Part shown: positions 29,266 to 39,432 of the stretch, one piece after another
Layout of the letters: each line of letters opens with the position of its first letter
How positions within the stretch are numbered: the first letter of the stretch is position 1
Source: a virus
Lineage: Duplodnaviria > Heunggongvirae > Uroviricota > Caudoviricetes
DNA length: 64,000 nucleotides
IMG/VR virus record: IMGVR_UViG_3300021387_000074
Direction: 5' to 3' (one strand)
Program-made: the position numbers and the translations under genes
Notes under the pieces: model-generated
Told to the model about the DNA's origin: nothing
What the model saw: the letters and a program-made list of their open reading frames with translations, nothing else
Databases searched by the model: none

Positions 29266-29293
29266 AGCCCGTCATTTAGACGGGCTTTTTTTA
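29266..29293. terminator. Rho-independent terminator between convergent genes
   Basis: agcccgtc-attta-gacgggct followed by T7. Confidence 0.85.
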
Positions 29294-30022
29294 TTATATA
29301 GTAGTAACACCCTTTACAAATAAATGCATAACTGGTCTTACCCTTGCAAGTAATTCATTTTTTGGTATTAAATTGTCATTTCCGCTTACCTTTTCGTAAG
29401 TTTCTGTTTTAAAATTAAACCTTCCATAAGTATTATCAATGATGTAATTAACAACAGAATTTGGTGATAAATAATCTTTTTTGAACTGAGCTCCAACAAT
29501 TGTTATATAATGTCCACAATCTTTAAATCTTACAGAAGTAACAACTGGCAATCCTTTTCTCAAACAATCACAAACAATTTCTTCATTGAACCCGTTAACG
29601 AGCTTTGTAGCATAATATCCATTATTGATATCTTCTTCTGTATAGCCCAAGAACAAGTTTGTTGCAAAGTTCATTACGTCATGAACTTCATTTGGAGCAT
29701 TTGCTTTTGGGCAATCAACCTGCCATAATTCTTGACCTTCTTTTCTTAGAGAATTTGCTTCGTCTACCCAGTTGATATACATATTTCTATATTTTCTTCT
29801 GTAGTATTCAAGAACAGCTTCATTTGTTCTTGTAAACTTCATTAGTTTGTCTTCTGGCTGAATAAGGTCTGGGAATACCTTTTTGTTTATCTCCCAACCA
29901 GAATATTCAAGCCCCTGAATCATATTTGTTGGTCCACAAGCAACACTTGGCAAAATTTCATTGTTTCTTTGAGAACTGTTTAAAAAGCCAGTACTAATAT
30001 TAATTTCATTAAGCTTCGCCAT
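29294..30022 (-). CDS. C39-like (papain-fold) cysteine peptidase, candidate endolysin
   Basis: SQRNN...ACGPTN (catalytic Cys), GHYITIVG (His), DNTYG (Asp). Confidence 0.65.
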   Translation of the reverse strand: MAKLNEINISTGFLNSSQRNNEILPSVACGPTNMIQGLEYSGWEINKKVFPDLIQPEDKLMKFTRTNEAVLEYYRRKYRNMYINWVDEANSLRKEGQELWQVDCPKANAPNEVHDVMNFATNLFLGYTEEDINNGYYATKLVNGFNEEIVCDCLRKGLPVVTSVRFKDCGHYITIVGAQFKKDYLSPNSVVNYIIDNTYGRFNFKTETYEKVSGNDNLIPKNELLARVRPVMHLFVKGVTTI

Positions 30023-30188
30023 TATTATTATCCTCCACTAATAATTCATCCTCGTCTGTTTCTGGTTTAGGAGCAGTTTGCTCTGCGAATTGATTCTGCA
30101 TTTTTGTAAGCAAACTGTTTGTCTGCTTTTGTAAAGCGTTCATTAATAATTCAGCTTCATTTTGTTCTAGATTAAAATTATAGCCCAT
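30009..30188 (-). CDS. Small hypothetical protein (59 aa, not in the ORF track)
   Basis: MGYNFNLEQNEAELLMNALQKQ...NGEA*; SD aaaggag; overlaps the peptidase start. Confidence 0.7.
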   Translation of the reverse strand: MGYNFNLEQNEAELLMNALQKQTNSLLTKMQNQFAEQTAPKPETDEDELLVEDNNNGEA

Positions 30189-30206
30189 TATTTTCTCCTT
30201 TTGTAT

Positions 30207-30235
30207 AGGATAAACCTTATTACTAATTTTGTCAA
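30207..30235 (-). promoter_or_regulatory. Sigma70-type promoter
   Basis: TTGACA-N17-TATCCT on the - strand, back-to-back with the AAGATAA late promoter variant. Confidence 0.65.
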
Positions 30236-30244
30236 GATAATTGT

Positions 30245-31081
30245 ATGGAATTGAAAGAAGAAGATATTACAATCGTTTATTACGATTTTTATGATCATGT
30301 AAAAGGTGATTACATCAGAGAAAGATGTATAGAAAGTTGGCGCAGAAGCATGCCTAAAGCAAAGATTATTTGTAAAACAGAAAACACTCCAGAAATTAAA
30401 GAGTTTATGGAAACAAATAGATGGTGTCAAGAATGTAAAAAAAGAGACATGCGTAATTATTATGTAGACACCATTAGACTTTGGGATAGTTTAAAAACAG
30501 AAAATTTCTTATATTTAGACACAGACGTATATATGATAAAAAGTATTTTACCGCTACTACAAGAGCACGATATGTTTGCTGGTAGACAAACTGACGGTTT
30601 ATGGATTAATGGAAAACCAGTTAAAACAGAAGTTTTTCAGAATGGTACGGTAATGTGGTCAAGAAAGCCAAACGATATAATAAGAAAATTGTTAAATACT
30701 TACGAAACAGCAATTTGCGATGTAAGCCATCATAATTGTAGAGTCAATACAGACTTTCAAAAAGATAATCCAGAATTACGAGACCATGCTTTAGCAGAAG
30801 CAAATGATTATTTATATCACTTTTTTGAAAGTGGAATTTGTCTTGCTGGTGATAAAAAAAGATTAGCTATAAATTTTGACGAATTTGATAAATTAGATAG
30901 TGGCTTAAGAAATAATCTTAGCTTAGTTGTTTATAATAATCCATCTGGTGAAATGAATAGCAATAGTGAAAAATATTGCAATAGAATTAACTATGTTGGT
31001 ATAAAAGAAATGCCACTAGAAGAACAAAAAAAAATGATAAATTATTTGTACAAAGATAAGGTGGTTTACTACAAAAGTTAA
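30245..31081 (+). CDS. DxD glycosyltransferase (GT32/capsular-polysaccharide-synthesis-like)
   Basis: CIESWRR, YVDTIRLW, FLYLDTDVY motifs. Confidence 0.7.
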   Translation: MELKEEDITIVYYDFYDHVKGDYIRERCIESWRRSMPKAKIICKTENTPEIKEFMETNRWCQECKKRDMRNYYVDTIRLWDSLKTENFLYLDTDVYMIKSILPLLQEHDMFAGRQTDGLWINGKPVKTEVFQNGTVMWSRKPNDIIRKLLNTYETAICDVSHHNCRVNTDFQKDNPELRDHALAEANDYLYHFFESGICLAGDKKRLAINFDEFDKLDSGLRNNLSLVVYNNPSGEMNSNSEKYCNRINYVGIKEMPLEEQKKMINYLYKDKVVYYKS

Positions 31082-31085
31082 TTGT

Positions 31086-31994
31086 ATGATTAAAACAGCC
31101 ACTTGCCCTGCACAAGATGCAGTAAATTATTTTATGTGTAATAAAGAATTGTACATTAGTCATGGGTGTTGTTTAAACCAAACAGCCAAGCTTGTGCAGC
31201 ATGATGAAATAAGAGCAGATAACCTAGACAATGTACATAAAAAAATTATAACAAACGAACCTATATTCTCAGCGTTTACACCTGGTGAGTTTGATATATG
31301 TTTTTCTACAAAAAAATGCCCTTCAAAAACTGAAATAAAAAATGTAAAAGTTGGCGCAACTGTTTGTAACTTAAAATGTAAAATGTGCGAAATAAAAGAT
31401 ATGAACAGTTATGCAGAAGAAAAGAAAGAGTTGTTTTTTAAAATTCTGAATGAATATAAAAAGCACGGTGGATATGAAACATTAATTATTAATACTTGCG
31501 GCGAAATGTTTATATGGAAAGAAGAGATTTTGGATTTTATAGAAAATCTAAAACATGATGAATTTCAAGAAATATTAATAATGTCTAATGGTCAGCTTAT
31601 AGATGACGAAATAATAGAAAGACTAAAAAACGTAAAAGAAGTATCTATATTTATAGAAATAAGTATAGACAGCGTTAAAAAGGAAACTCTTGAAAAAATA
31701 AGGGTTGGAACAAATTATGAAAAAACTATAGAAGTAATAGATAAATTAAAAGAGGCAGGACTATTAAAAGGTTGTAATTACGTTGTTCAAAAAGACAATC
31801 TTGATGAATTAGAAGAAGCTTATACTTTCTTTAAAGAAAGAGGTATAAAGGTTAATTTTCTTTGCCAAAGAGTTCAATCACGAATTGGCGACTATTTCTT
31901 TGAAACAAATGCTATTGACGTAATTACAGATAAAAGAAGAGTTTCTTTTGTAAGAAATCATCCTGATACTATTTTATTTAATGAGGTGAAGTAA
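31086..31994 (+). CDS. Radical SAM protein
   Basis: CNLKCKMC (CxxxCxxC), TCGEMF, SNG, ISIDS motifs. Confidence 0.9.
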   Translation: MIKTATCPAQDAVNYFMCNKELYISHGCCLNQTAKLVQHDEIRADNLDNVHKKIITNEPIFSAFTPGEFDICFSTKKCPSKTEIKNVKVGATVCNLKCKMCEIKDMNSYAEEKKELFFKILNEYKKHGGYETLIINTCGEMFIWKEEILDFIENLKHDEFQEILIMSNGQLIDDEIIERLKNVKEVSIFIEISIDSVKKETLEKIRVGTNYEKTIEVIDKLKEAGLLKGCNYVVQKDNLDELEEAYTFFKERGIKVNFLCQRVQSRIGDYFFETNAIDVITDKRRVSFVRNHPDTILFNEVK

Positions 31995-32221
31995 TGATAA
32001 ATTTAGTAAAGAAAATAAAAACATTCAAAGGAGACGTTTGCACATTTGATGTTGATACTTACGATGATATACAGAACTTAACAAACTCTCAAAGCGAAAG
32101 ACTTCCAATTGTTCAAGGTAGTATAGCTAATGTCATAGACGAAGGAAAGTCTTATGTTTTAAACTCGGATGACGAATGGATTCCTGCGAATAGATTTATT
32201 AATTTACCAGGAGCACTATAA
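31994..32221 (+). CDS. Small structural/fibre-associated protein
   Basis: GSIANVIDEGKSYVLNSDDEW parallels GCRAYVIENGKFYIMGSDRKW in 32221. Confidence 0.55.
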   Translation: MINLVKKIKTFKGDVCTFDVDTYDDIQNLTNSQSERLPIVQGSIANVIDEGKSYVLNSDDEWIPANRFINLPGAL

Positions 32222-33348
32222 TGGTTGAAACAGACAAGTATAGAAATTTGTTAAGCCAAACATTTACAAAAGCTGGAAAATTAAATTTCTATGCTGTTGA
32301 TAAGTTGGCAGACTTAGAGAAATTATCAAATGACGAACTCGAAATAGCTGGTTGTAGAGCTTACGTTATAGAGAATGGTAAATTCTATATAATGGGAAGT
32401 GATAGAAAGTGGCACGAGCAACTTCTAGCTTACAACATTTCTATGGATGAAGAAATAACAAGAGCTGGTGTTTACACTTTTGATTTCGACCCAACCACAT
32501 ATGATGGAATTCAAACTATTAAAATTACAGTAACTCCAACACTACAAACAATAGAAGATACAATTACAGAGAATGGTGAATATGAATACGAGTATGACCC
32601 AGTAGATTACGACGGTATAGAAAAATTAAAAATAACCGTTGAAACTGTTGGTGGCAATGGAGATAAAGTTGCGGTTGACTTTACAGATGAAGAACCAGAT
32701 TATTTACTTCACAAAATAGCAACAACTGTCGGCTCTGGTATTAAAATTTCTTTTAATCCAGATGACGAAGATAAAAAAATGTTAATAGCTTATTCACCAG
32801 CAGACTATGAAGTGGAATACTTAGAAACATTACCACTCGCAAGTATTCAAGGTGAAGATACTCCAACTTATCAGTCTGGTTCTATTACATTCATTGGGAG
32901 TTCTTTTATACCCTCAAACGGTTTTTCTTTTGTGGTAGACCATTCTATATTTACGGCTTATTCATCTGAAGGAAACATGGTAAATTGCAGATTTTTAGTT
33001 CTAAAATTAAATAACGATAATTCCGCAACAGTTATTGCTTATTCTGACTTATTTAGCATGAATAACATCAGAGCAAATAATAAATTACAGGTTGTTTGTA
33101 AAGGAGCAACTGAAAAAATAAAGGCGGGAGAAAGATACTATATAGGAATTGCTGGAACGGCAGTTACAACAGACTGGGCAAAAATGATGGGATATAGAGC
33201 TTGGGCAGCACAGGATATAAACCTGAATCCACCATTTAATGTTTATTCTACTAGACATATAGATATGTCTAACCCATTAGTTACATTAAATGCTGGAGAC
33301 TTAGTAAACAATGGTTCTTTTTATGTTTACTATTCTATAGTAAAGTAG
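32221..33348 (+). CDS. Putative fibre/whisker or decoration protein
   Basis: Duplicated IT..G.Y....DP..YDGI...KITV unit; beta-rich C-terminal domain. Confidence 0.5.
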   Translation: MVETDKYRNLLSQTFTKAGKLNFYAVDKLADLEKLSNDELEIAGCRAYVIENGKFYIMGSDRKWHEQLLAYNISMDEEITRAGVYTFDFDPTTYDGIQTIKITVTPTLQTIEDTITENGEYEYEYDPVDYDGIEKLKITVETVGGNGDKVAVDFTDEEPDYLLHKIATTVGSGIKISFNPDDEDKKMLIAYSPADYEVEYLETLPLASIQGEDTPTYQSGSITFIGSSFIPSNGFSFVVDHSIFTAYSSEGNMVNCRFLVLKLNNDNSATVIAYSDLFSMNNIRANNKLQVVCKGATEKIKAGERYYIGIAGTAVTTDWAKMMGYRAWAAQDINLNPPFNVYSTRHIDMSNPLVTLNAGDLVNNGSFYVYYSIVK

Positions 33349-33355
33349 GTAAGAA

Positions 33356-34390
33356 ATGAAAACAGATATAGATTCTAGTAGATTTGATTATTTATATGAC
33401 GCTATAGAAGTTAAAAATCTCACAAAGGAAGTGTTAAATACAACAACCGCTACGAATGAAAACTATGATTTTGCGAATGTAAATTATGGTTTTTCAACTT
33501 CTTTACAAAATAACTATGGAAAGTATTTAAGTGCTAATACGGTTTTTGTATCTGAGACGGAATCTTATGTTGCTACTGGAAAATTTTTACAAGTGCAACA
33601 TAGTGGTGATGATTTTAGAATAAAAAATACTGGTAAATTAAGAATAACAATTTGGGCAAATTCTACTTCTAATGAAAACCCAAGAGATGTAATTCTAAAA
33701 ACTGTTGACAATACAGAGCTGGCAACCAATTCAGTTACGTCCACTGTAAAGTCTGTTGTATTTACAACTTCTGGCGATAAAGACTTTTTAATTTCTCATA
33801 AAGGTGGAGCAATTAGATTTTATAGTTTAGCAATTGAAGTTTTAGAGCCAAGATTAACAAAGAAATTAATTTTAAAAATTAATCCTTCTGAAACTTTTTT
33901 ATCTGAAATAGAAACATTTTCACAAGTTGTTGCGGCAAGGGACAACTCTTATTTTTCTGGTTCTTCTGGTTATACATATTTTACAAGACTTAATTTTTAT
34001 GGCAAATTTAAAATGACGTTAAATACAAAAGTTATTCTTGGTATAATTAATGAAGCTTATATGAACTGTAAAATAAAAATTTACAGAAGAATTCAGGGAA
34101 CAAATACTTTTAGACTTGTCGCCCAGACTGGAACTAATGGACTTAAAGAAAAACAAATTTTATTTGTAAATGAAGATATACTAGATGGAATTTATGAGTA
34201 TTATATTGGAGTTTATGCAGACGGTAATACTGTAAATCTTATGGGATTTAACAATGAAGATGTTGCAGAAAAAATAATACCACCATTAAGTTTTAGAGTT
34301 GAAGGAGAGCCAGATGAATATTTTACAACACAAAATATACAAAGTAGTTATCAAACTTTTTCTATAAAAGTTCAGACATTGGAGGAATAA
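33356..34390 (+). CDS. Putative fibre/adhesin protein with carbohydrate-binding-like beta domain
   Basis: Beta-sandwich composition; C-domain (Y.IG...G.....MG) paralogous to that of 32221. Confidence 0.4.
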   Translation: MKTDIDSSRFDYLYDAIEVKNLTKEVLNTTTATNENYDFANVNYGFSTSLQNNYGKYLSANTVFVSETESYVATGKFLQVQHSGDDFRIKNTGKLRITIWANSTSNENPRDVILKTVDNTELATNSVTSTVKSVVFTTSGDKDFLISHKGGAIRFYSLAIEVLEPRLTKKLILKINPSETFLSEIETFSQVVAARDNSYFSGSSGYTYFTRLNFYGKFKMTLNTKVILGIINEAYMNCKIKIYRRIQGTNTFRLVAQTGTNGLKEKQILFVNEDILDGIYEYYIGVYADGNTVNLMGFNNEDVAEKIIPPLSFRVEGEPDEYFTTQNIQSSYQTFSIKVQTLEE

Positions 34391-34951
34391 ATGCAATTTA
34401 ACAGAGAAGAATATTTAAAAGGAAATTTTGACACAAATTCACAAGAAGAAAGAAAAAATGCTTATTATGCAACCAAACTAATTGGTTTAAATTGGAATAA
34501 TTATATAAAAGAATACTTTAAAGATTGTATGGGCGATGCTATTGGAACATTCGAATATAACTATCAACTTGTTATGCCCTTTGCTACAGCGGGTGTATTG
34601 GTAGACTTTGGTCTATTTAAACAAGCCGCAGAATACTTAGAGTCTTTAGAGTCTGATAATGTAGAGTTTAATGCTAATAAAGACTTATGGATAGAACGTT
34701 TGCTATCAGCAGACGACCATTATTATCAAAAGGAACACAATCCTGATTATATTACATTTACTGAGAAGTCTATGGCAGAAAAAGATATGCCAAAAGAGGA
34801 AAATCCGTTAGACTTAACAGAAAATGAAAATAACAATACAAGCAATTATGAAGCAAATGAAGAAACTAATGTTAATTCTGCTGTAATTGACCAAGAAATA
34901 GATGAAAATGCTTCTAATGAAGGAGAAATAATCGAAGGAACCGATGATTAA
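34391..34951 (+). CDS. Hypothetical protein
   Basis: 186 aa, SD ggagg, acidic tail. Confidence 0.7.
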   Translation: MQFNREEYLKGNFDTNSQEERKNAYYATKLIGLNWNNYIKEYFKDCMGDAIGTFEYNYQLVMPFATAGVLVDFGLFKQAAEYLESLESDNVEFNANKDLWIERLLSADDHYYQKEHNPDYITFTEKSMAEKDMPKEENPLDLTENENNNTSNYEANEETNVNSAVIDQEIDENASNEGEIIEGTDD

Positions 34952-34980
34952 ACCTAAGTTAATTTAAAAGGAACTTAGTA

Positions 34981-36990
34981 ATGATTGTTAACGGTAAAGA
35001 AGTAAATATAGATTATAGAGCTGCACAAACAATTCAGCAGCGCTTAGATGTTTCTCCAGAAATTCCAGAAACAGCAAAAGTAGAAGTTTCAAAAAAAGAC
35101 ATAAAGGAATTAAACCAGTCATTTGATAGTGGTGTTTCTAATTATAATGAAGCGTTAATGTACGGTAATTTGTATGGTACAGAAAATCAGTTATTGACTG
35201 GTTTAAATGCTTCTGAAAATAGGGCTAGCTATTATCAAGTTTTTGACCAAATGGATGGATGTCCATTTATTCACAGAGGTTTGCAGGTTATTGCAGACGA
35301 TGCTTGTCAAAAAAACGTAGACGGTGATACTGTAAAAGTTTATTCAGATGACGAAGATATAAAAGAAATATTGGAAAAATTATTCCACGAAAGATTAAAT
35401 CTTAATAAAGAGCTTTGGTCTATATTTTTTGAAACTTGTAAACTTGGTGATAACTTTTACGAAATAATTCCAGACAGTTATGAACATCCAACTGAGATTT
35501 CTAGAATTAGATATTTGGACCCAAGAAAAACAAATAGAATAGAAAAGAATGGAAAACTTGCTTTCTATACATACAGAACAGACTTAGATAATAACGAATA
35601 TACAACTGGTGTTGGAGATGATTCAAAAACAAAGCAAGAAGTTATTTATAAACTTCAGCCTTGGCAAGTTATTCACTTTAAAATCACAGATAAAAAATTT
35701 GCACCATATGGTGGTTCTTTATTGAGCCCTGGTGTTCAGGCTTACAGACGCTACTCTATGCTTGAAGATGCTATGCTTGTATATCGTTTGGCTCGTGTAC
35801 CAGAAAGACGTGTATTTAAAATAGATACTGGAAACCTTTCTACTGCAGAAGCAATGAGAGCCGTTCAGAAAATTAAAGACAATAATAGATCTCGTTCAAT
35901 TCTTGACGAAAAGGGAAATATTCAGAAAAACGCTTTGGCTCTTTCTTTGCTTGATGATATTTATATTCCAGTAAGAGAGGGACAGAATAGTACAGAAGTT
36001 ACAACATTACAACCAGGTGTTGGTTTAAATAATATCGACGATATTAGACACTTCAGAGATGAAATTCTTTGGATTCTTAATATTCCACCAGAGTATTTAG
36101 GTTTTACTTCTGACCAGAATAGTGGTATGGCTGGTAAAGGTTCCCTTGCTATGCAAGACGTTAAATTCGCTAGATTTGTTGAAAGAATTCAATATTATGT
36201 AGAAGAAGGTTTAACAAAGATTGCAGCTATTGAATTGTTCTTTAAGAAAAAGAAAAAAGCAGACTTAAAGAATTTTAAACTTGAACTTACACCACCTTCA
36301 AACGTTAAAGAGATTATGGATATCGAATATCTTAACCAAAAAATATCTCTTGTTTCTGCTATGCTTGGAACTCAATTATTCCCTAAAGATTTCATTCTTA
36401 AATATGTAATGAAGATGTCAAGAAAAGAAATATCTGACATTAATCTTCAGAAAGATATTGAAGCTTCTACACTTGCAGCTATGCAAGGCGGCATAGGTGG
36501 AGATATGGGTATGGGTGGAATGCCTATGGGTGGAGATATGGGAGCTGGAATGCCTATGGGTGGAGATATGGGAGCTGGAGGAGCACCTGTAGCACCTATG
36601 ATGTCTGTTAAAACAGAAGAGTTCTCACCAAAAGCAATGGTTAACATTTTCGGAAAAGAAGTTCTCATAGAACATAAAGAAGACTACGCAAAAATTGTAA
36701 AAGCGTATGAAGATTACAAAAAAGAAAAAGAAGAAAATTTAATAAAAGAAGAAATAGAAGAAAGTCTTTCTAACAACGAGTTTTTATCAAAGGTTAAAGA
36801 CTTGTTGATAAAAGAAGAAACAATTAAAACAAATAAAACTGCAAGTAATCTTTATTACGAAAATGAACTTGGTGGTTTAAATTTTGCTAAAGAACAGTTT
36901 ACTATTTATAGTAAGCCAAAGAAAAGAACTGGACCTTCATCTAAAAAATCTTCAAGAATAATTACAGAAGAGATAACAAGAGATTTATAG
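34981..36990 (+). CDS. Portal protein (T4 gp20-like)
   Basis: MLEDAMLVYRLARVPERRVFKIDTGNL, DDIYIPVREG..TEVTTL.PG, F.KFVERIQ motifs. Confidence 0.95.
   Translation: MIVNGKEVNIDYRAAQTIQQRLDVSPEIPETAKVEVSKKDIKELNQSFDSGVSNYNEALMYGNLYGTENQLLTGLNASENRASYYQVFDQMDGCPFIHRGLQVIADDACQKNVDGDTVKVYSDDEDIKEILEKLFHERLNLNKELWSIFFETCKLGDNFYEIIPDSYEHPTEISRIRYLDPRKTNRIEKNGKLAFYTYRTDLDNNEYTTGVGDDSKTKQEVIYKLQPWQVIHFKITDKKFAPYGGSLLSPGVQAYRRYSMLEDAMLVYRLARVPERRVFKIDTGNLSTAEAMRAVQKIKDNNRSRSILDEKGNIQKNALALSLLDDIYIPVREGQNSTEVTTLQPGVGLNNIDDIRHFRDEILWILNIPPEYLGFTSDQNSGMAGKGSLAMQDVKFARFVERIQYYVEEGLTKIAAIELFFKKKKKADLKNFKLELTPPSNVKEIMDIEYLNQKISLVSAMLGTQLFPKDFILKYVMKMSRKEISDINLQKDIEASTLAAMQGGIGGDMGMGGMPMGGDMGAGMPMGGDMGAGGAPVAPMMSVKTEEFSPKAMVNIFGKEVLIEHKEDYAKIVKAYEDYKKEKEENLIKEEIEESLSNNEFLSKVKDLLIKEETIKTNKTASNLYYENELGGLNFAKEQFTIYSKPKKRTGPSSKKSSRIITEEITRDL
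36517..36576 (+). repeat. Exact 30-bp tandem duplication in the portal Met/Gly linker
   Basis: ggaatgcctatgggtggagatatgggagct x2 (GMPMGGDMGA). Confidence 0.95.
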
Positions 36991-37000
36991 GAGAAAGAGA

Positions 37001-37438
37001 TTGGATAGTAGAAACTCTATAAGTAAAATTTTAAACAGACTCGAAAATGAAATGCCATTGGTTGAAGAGGGAGATATAATAGAAACAATTAAAACTATTT
37101 ATCCTTCTTCTAAAATTCCAAAAGAAGAAAGAAACATTATTTTGGAAGGTGTCGAAATGACAATGCCAATGGCTTCTTCTAAAGAGTCAAAACTTCTTTT
37201 GGAAAGAGAAAAATCAAAATTATTGGAAGTTTACAAAGATATAGATAGAGGCGATATACTTATAGTAAAAAAAATACATCCTAATAAAATAATAGTTGAA
37301 AATTGCTCTGTAAAAGATGAGTATAAAAAAGATTTTGAAATTGAAAAACTTGATATAATCAAGGGCAATTTTAATGTTGTTAAGAGAAGAAGTATTGATT
37401 TAATTAAAACATTAAATAAACTTATTGGCGATTCTTAA
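37001..37438 (+). CDS. Hypothetical protein
   Basis: 145 aa, TTG start with SD ggag, directly after the portal. Confidence 0.65.
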   Translation: MDSRNSISKILNRLENEMPLVEEGDIIETIKTIYPSSKIPKEERNIILEGVEMTMPMASSKESKLLLEREKSKLLEVYKDIDRGDILIVKKIHPNKIIVENCSVKDEYKKDFEIEKLDIIKGNFNVVKRRSIDLIKTLNKLIGDS

Positions 37439-37655
37439 TTGGTGCTAAAACCATATCATCTGTAAAGAAATAATGTTCTTCTAAGACATTATCACTATTT
37501 AAACCAACCCATAGAACGAATGCTTCCTTATCGTTATAAGGAACTCTGCAATAAGCATATCCGTCTGAAGTTTTCTTTATTATTTGAGTTGCTGTTTTTA
37601 TTAATAAATTTAAATGTGTTTCTGGTATTTGATTTGGGTCAATGCTTACAGTCAT
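37422..37655 (-). CDS. Small hypothetical protein (leaderless, sigma70-type promoter)
   Basis: 77 aa; TTGACA-N16-TATCAT ending 6 nt before the ATG. Confidence 0.6.
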   Translation of the reverse strand: MTVSIDPNQIPETHLNLLIKTATQIIKKTSDGYAYCRVPYNDKEAFVLWVGLNSDNVLEEHYFFTDDMVLAPIKNRQ

Positions 37656-37661
37656 ATAATC

Positions 37662-37689
37662 ATGATATGAATTAAAAAAAATTTGTCAA
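37662..37689 (-). promoter_or_regulatory. Sigma70-type promoter
   Basis: TTGACA-N16-TATCAT on the - strand. Confidence 0.6.
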
Positions 37690-37721
37690 GTAATAAGTTA
37701 ATTATATATTTAGGAGACAGT

Positions 37722-38804
37722 ATGGAAATTACAAGTAGCAAATTGTCAAATTATATTTTGTTTAGTAATAAAAATCTTGAGAAGTGTGTTAGATCTTTGA
37801 TTAACGAATCTTCTAACGCAGTTCTGCTTGAGTCTTATAATGATAAGCTGCTTTTAGCTGATCACAACAGTGGTGCTATTTACTTGGCAGATTATAAATT
37901 TGATGGAAAAATTCTTACAGTTGAGAATTATGAACAAGTAGACGTTGTTAACGATAAATCAAACCTTAAAGAAGCAATTGAAAATTACTTCGATTCTGAT
38001 GGTTATGACGTTGCAAGCATTGTAGAAGCTTATGAAGAAGATTCAGAAGCAGAAAACACAGACCTTAGAGAAAGTATCGTAGAGGCTTTGGCTTCAAAAA
38101 AACAGGATATTGCTGATTATTCACAACTTGAAGGAATTAACGAAGAAATCGGTGAAGTAAAAGATATGCAGTTCTTCAAGAACTACACAAAATATCTTAC
38201 AGAATCTCCAACTTCTAGCATTAAATATTTCAATTGGATAGACCCAGTTAGAGTATCAATTATCGACGAGGATGCTTCAAACATTATCGTTTCTGGTTCA
38301 AAAGACAAAGCAAAGAAACTTGCAAAAGATAAAGAATTCAAAGATATGTTTGCTAATGCGGCAAGAGAATTGATGGAGGGAAATTCTCTCGAAATGGAAG
38401 AACTTCTTGAAGATAACTCAGCAATCCTTGCTCTTGACAACGTTGAAATGAAAGAGTTCATTGGTATGTCTATCATCGGCGACAAAGAACTTATGGAAAG
38501 CAGAAAAGAAATCATAGACGCTGTAAGCGGAATTATTTCAGAAAATGAAAATCTTCAGGAAATGAAGATGCTTTTCGAAGAAGATGCAGAAGACGATGGT
38601 GCAGAAGAAAATAAAGAATTGGCAACTTCTGACAAAGATATCGACGCTTTGAAGAAAGCTTTGGATAAAGCAGCAGAAAACATTTCTGACGAAGCTATCA
38701 TTTCAAAGATTAATTCTTTGAAAGATGCTTTGGATTCTTCAAAAGATTCTGGTTCTACAGATGTTGGAACAGTTAAAGAGTGTGTTGAACTGCTTAGCTT
38801 CTAA
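37722..38804 (+). CDS. Acidic helical protein, candidate prohead core/scaffold
   Basis: Very D/E-rich, many [LIV]-x-E sites, located near the portal; start moved to ATG 37722 (SD aggag). Confidence 0.45.
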   Translation: MEITSSKLSNYILFSNKNLEKCVRSLINESSNAVLLESYNDKLLLADHNSGAIYLADYKFDGKILTVENYEQVDVVNDKSNLKEAIENYFDSDGYDVASIVEAYEEDSEAENTDLRESIVEALASKKQDIADYSQLEGINEEIGEVKDMQFFKNYTKYLTESPTSSIKYFNWIDPVRVSIIDEDASNIIVSGSKDKAKKLAKDKEFKDMFANAARELMEGNSLEMEELLEDNSAILALDNVEMKEFIGMSIIGDKELMESRKEIIDAVSGIISENENLQEMKMLFEEDAEDDGAEENKELATSDKDIDALKKALDKAAENISDEAIISKINSLKDALDSSKDSGSTDVGTVKECVELLSF

Positions 38805-38823
38805 TTTTAAATAAGTAATTTAT

Positions 38824-38855
38824 AATGGGTTGCTTTAAAGCAACCCATTTTTTTT
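38824..38855 (+). terminator. Rho-independent terminator
   Basis: aatgggttgctttaaagcaacccatt palindrome followed by T run. Confidence 0.85.
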
Positions 38856-38862
38856 ATCCGCA

Positions 38863-38931
38863 CCGAGTGGACAAATTTGACGCACGTCACGACACAGATG
38901 TCCGTTATGCAACATACTAAGTAACAAGTAG
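38863..38931. repeat. 69-bp intergenic palindromic element, copy 2
   Basis: 61/69 identical to 4439-4507. Confidence 0.9.
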
Positions 38932-38968
38932 CATTTTAGTTTTTAAAAGTTAAAATTAGGAGCAATTC

Positions 38969-39421
38969 ATGTTAGGTTTAGAAATTATTAAACAGACAAT
39001 GCAACAAAATAGTTCTAATGGCGGAATGTCAGAAGAATTAAGAAAGAAAATAGCTATAGCGAAAATAAATGAATCAATCAGACAAATTGGTGATAATTGG
39101 TTCTTTTCAAATATTCTTGATAGAATTATTAATTCAGAATTACCAGAAGAAAGTAAAGGTGAATTAATAGAACATTTGAAATCAGAATACGTTTCTTTAA
39201 GTAAAGAAATAAAGAAAGAATTAGATGAAATTTTTGGAGCAGAAAAACAAGCATCTGTAAAAGCTGATGATAATGTTGATGTTAAAGGAAAAGAAGAAAT
39301 TGGACAGTCTAAAGAAGGCAGTTCAGAAGAGGCTGCACAAGACGACTCCGAAGATGAACACAAAACACCAGCAGAGCACGTAGTTGAGCAGAAACCAGGA
39401 CAAAGTATTTTTAATTATTAA
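38969..39421 (+). CDS. Hypothetical protein with IFNY tag
   Basis: Ends GQSIFNY*; AAGTTAA and SD. Confidence 0.65.
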   Translation: MLGLEIIKQTMQQNSSNGGMSEELRKKIAIAKINESIRQIGDNWFFSNILDRIINSELPEESKGELIEHLKSEYVSLSKEIKKELDEIFGAEKQASVKADDNVDVKGKEEIGQSKEGSSEEAAQDDSEDEHKTPAEHVVEQKPGQSIFNY

Positions 39422-39432
39422 GGAGAGAAAAT

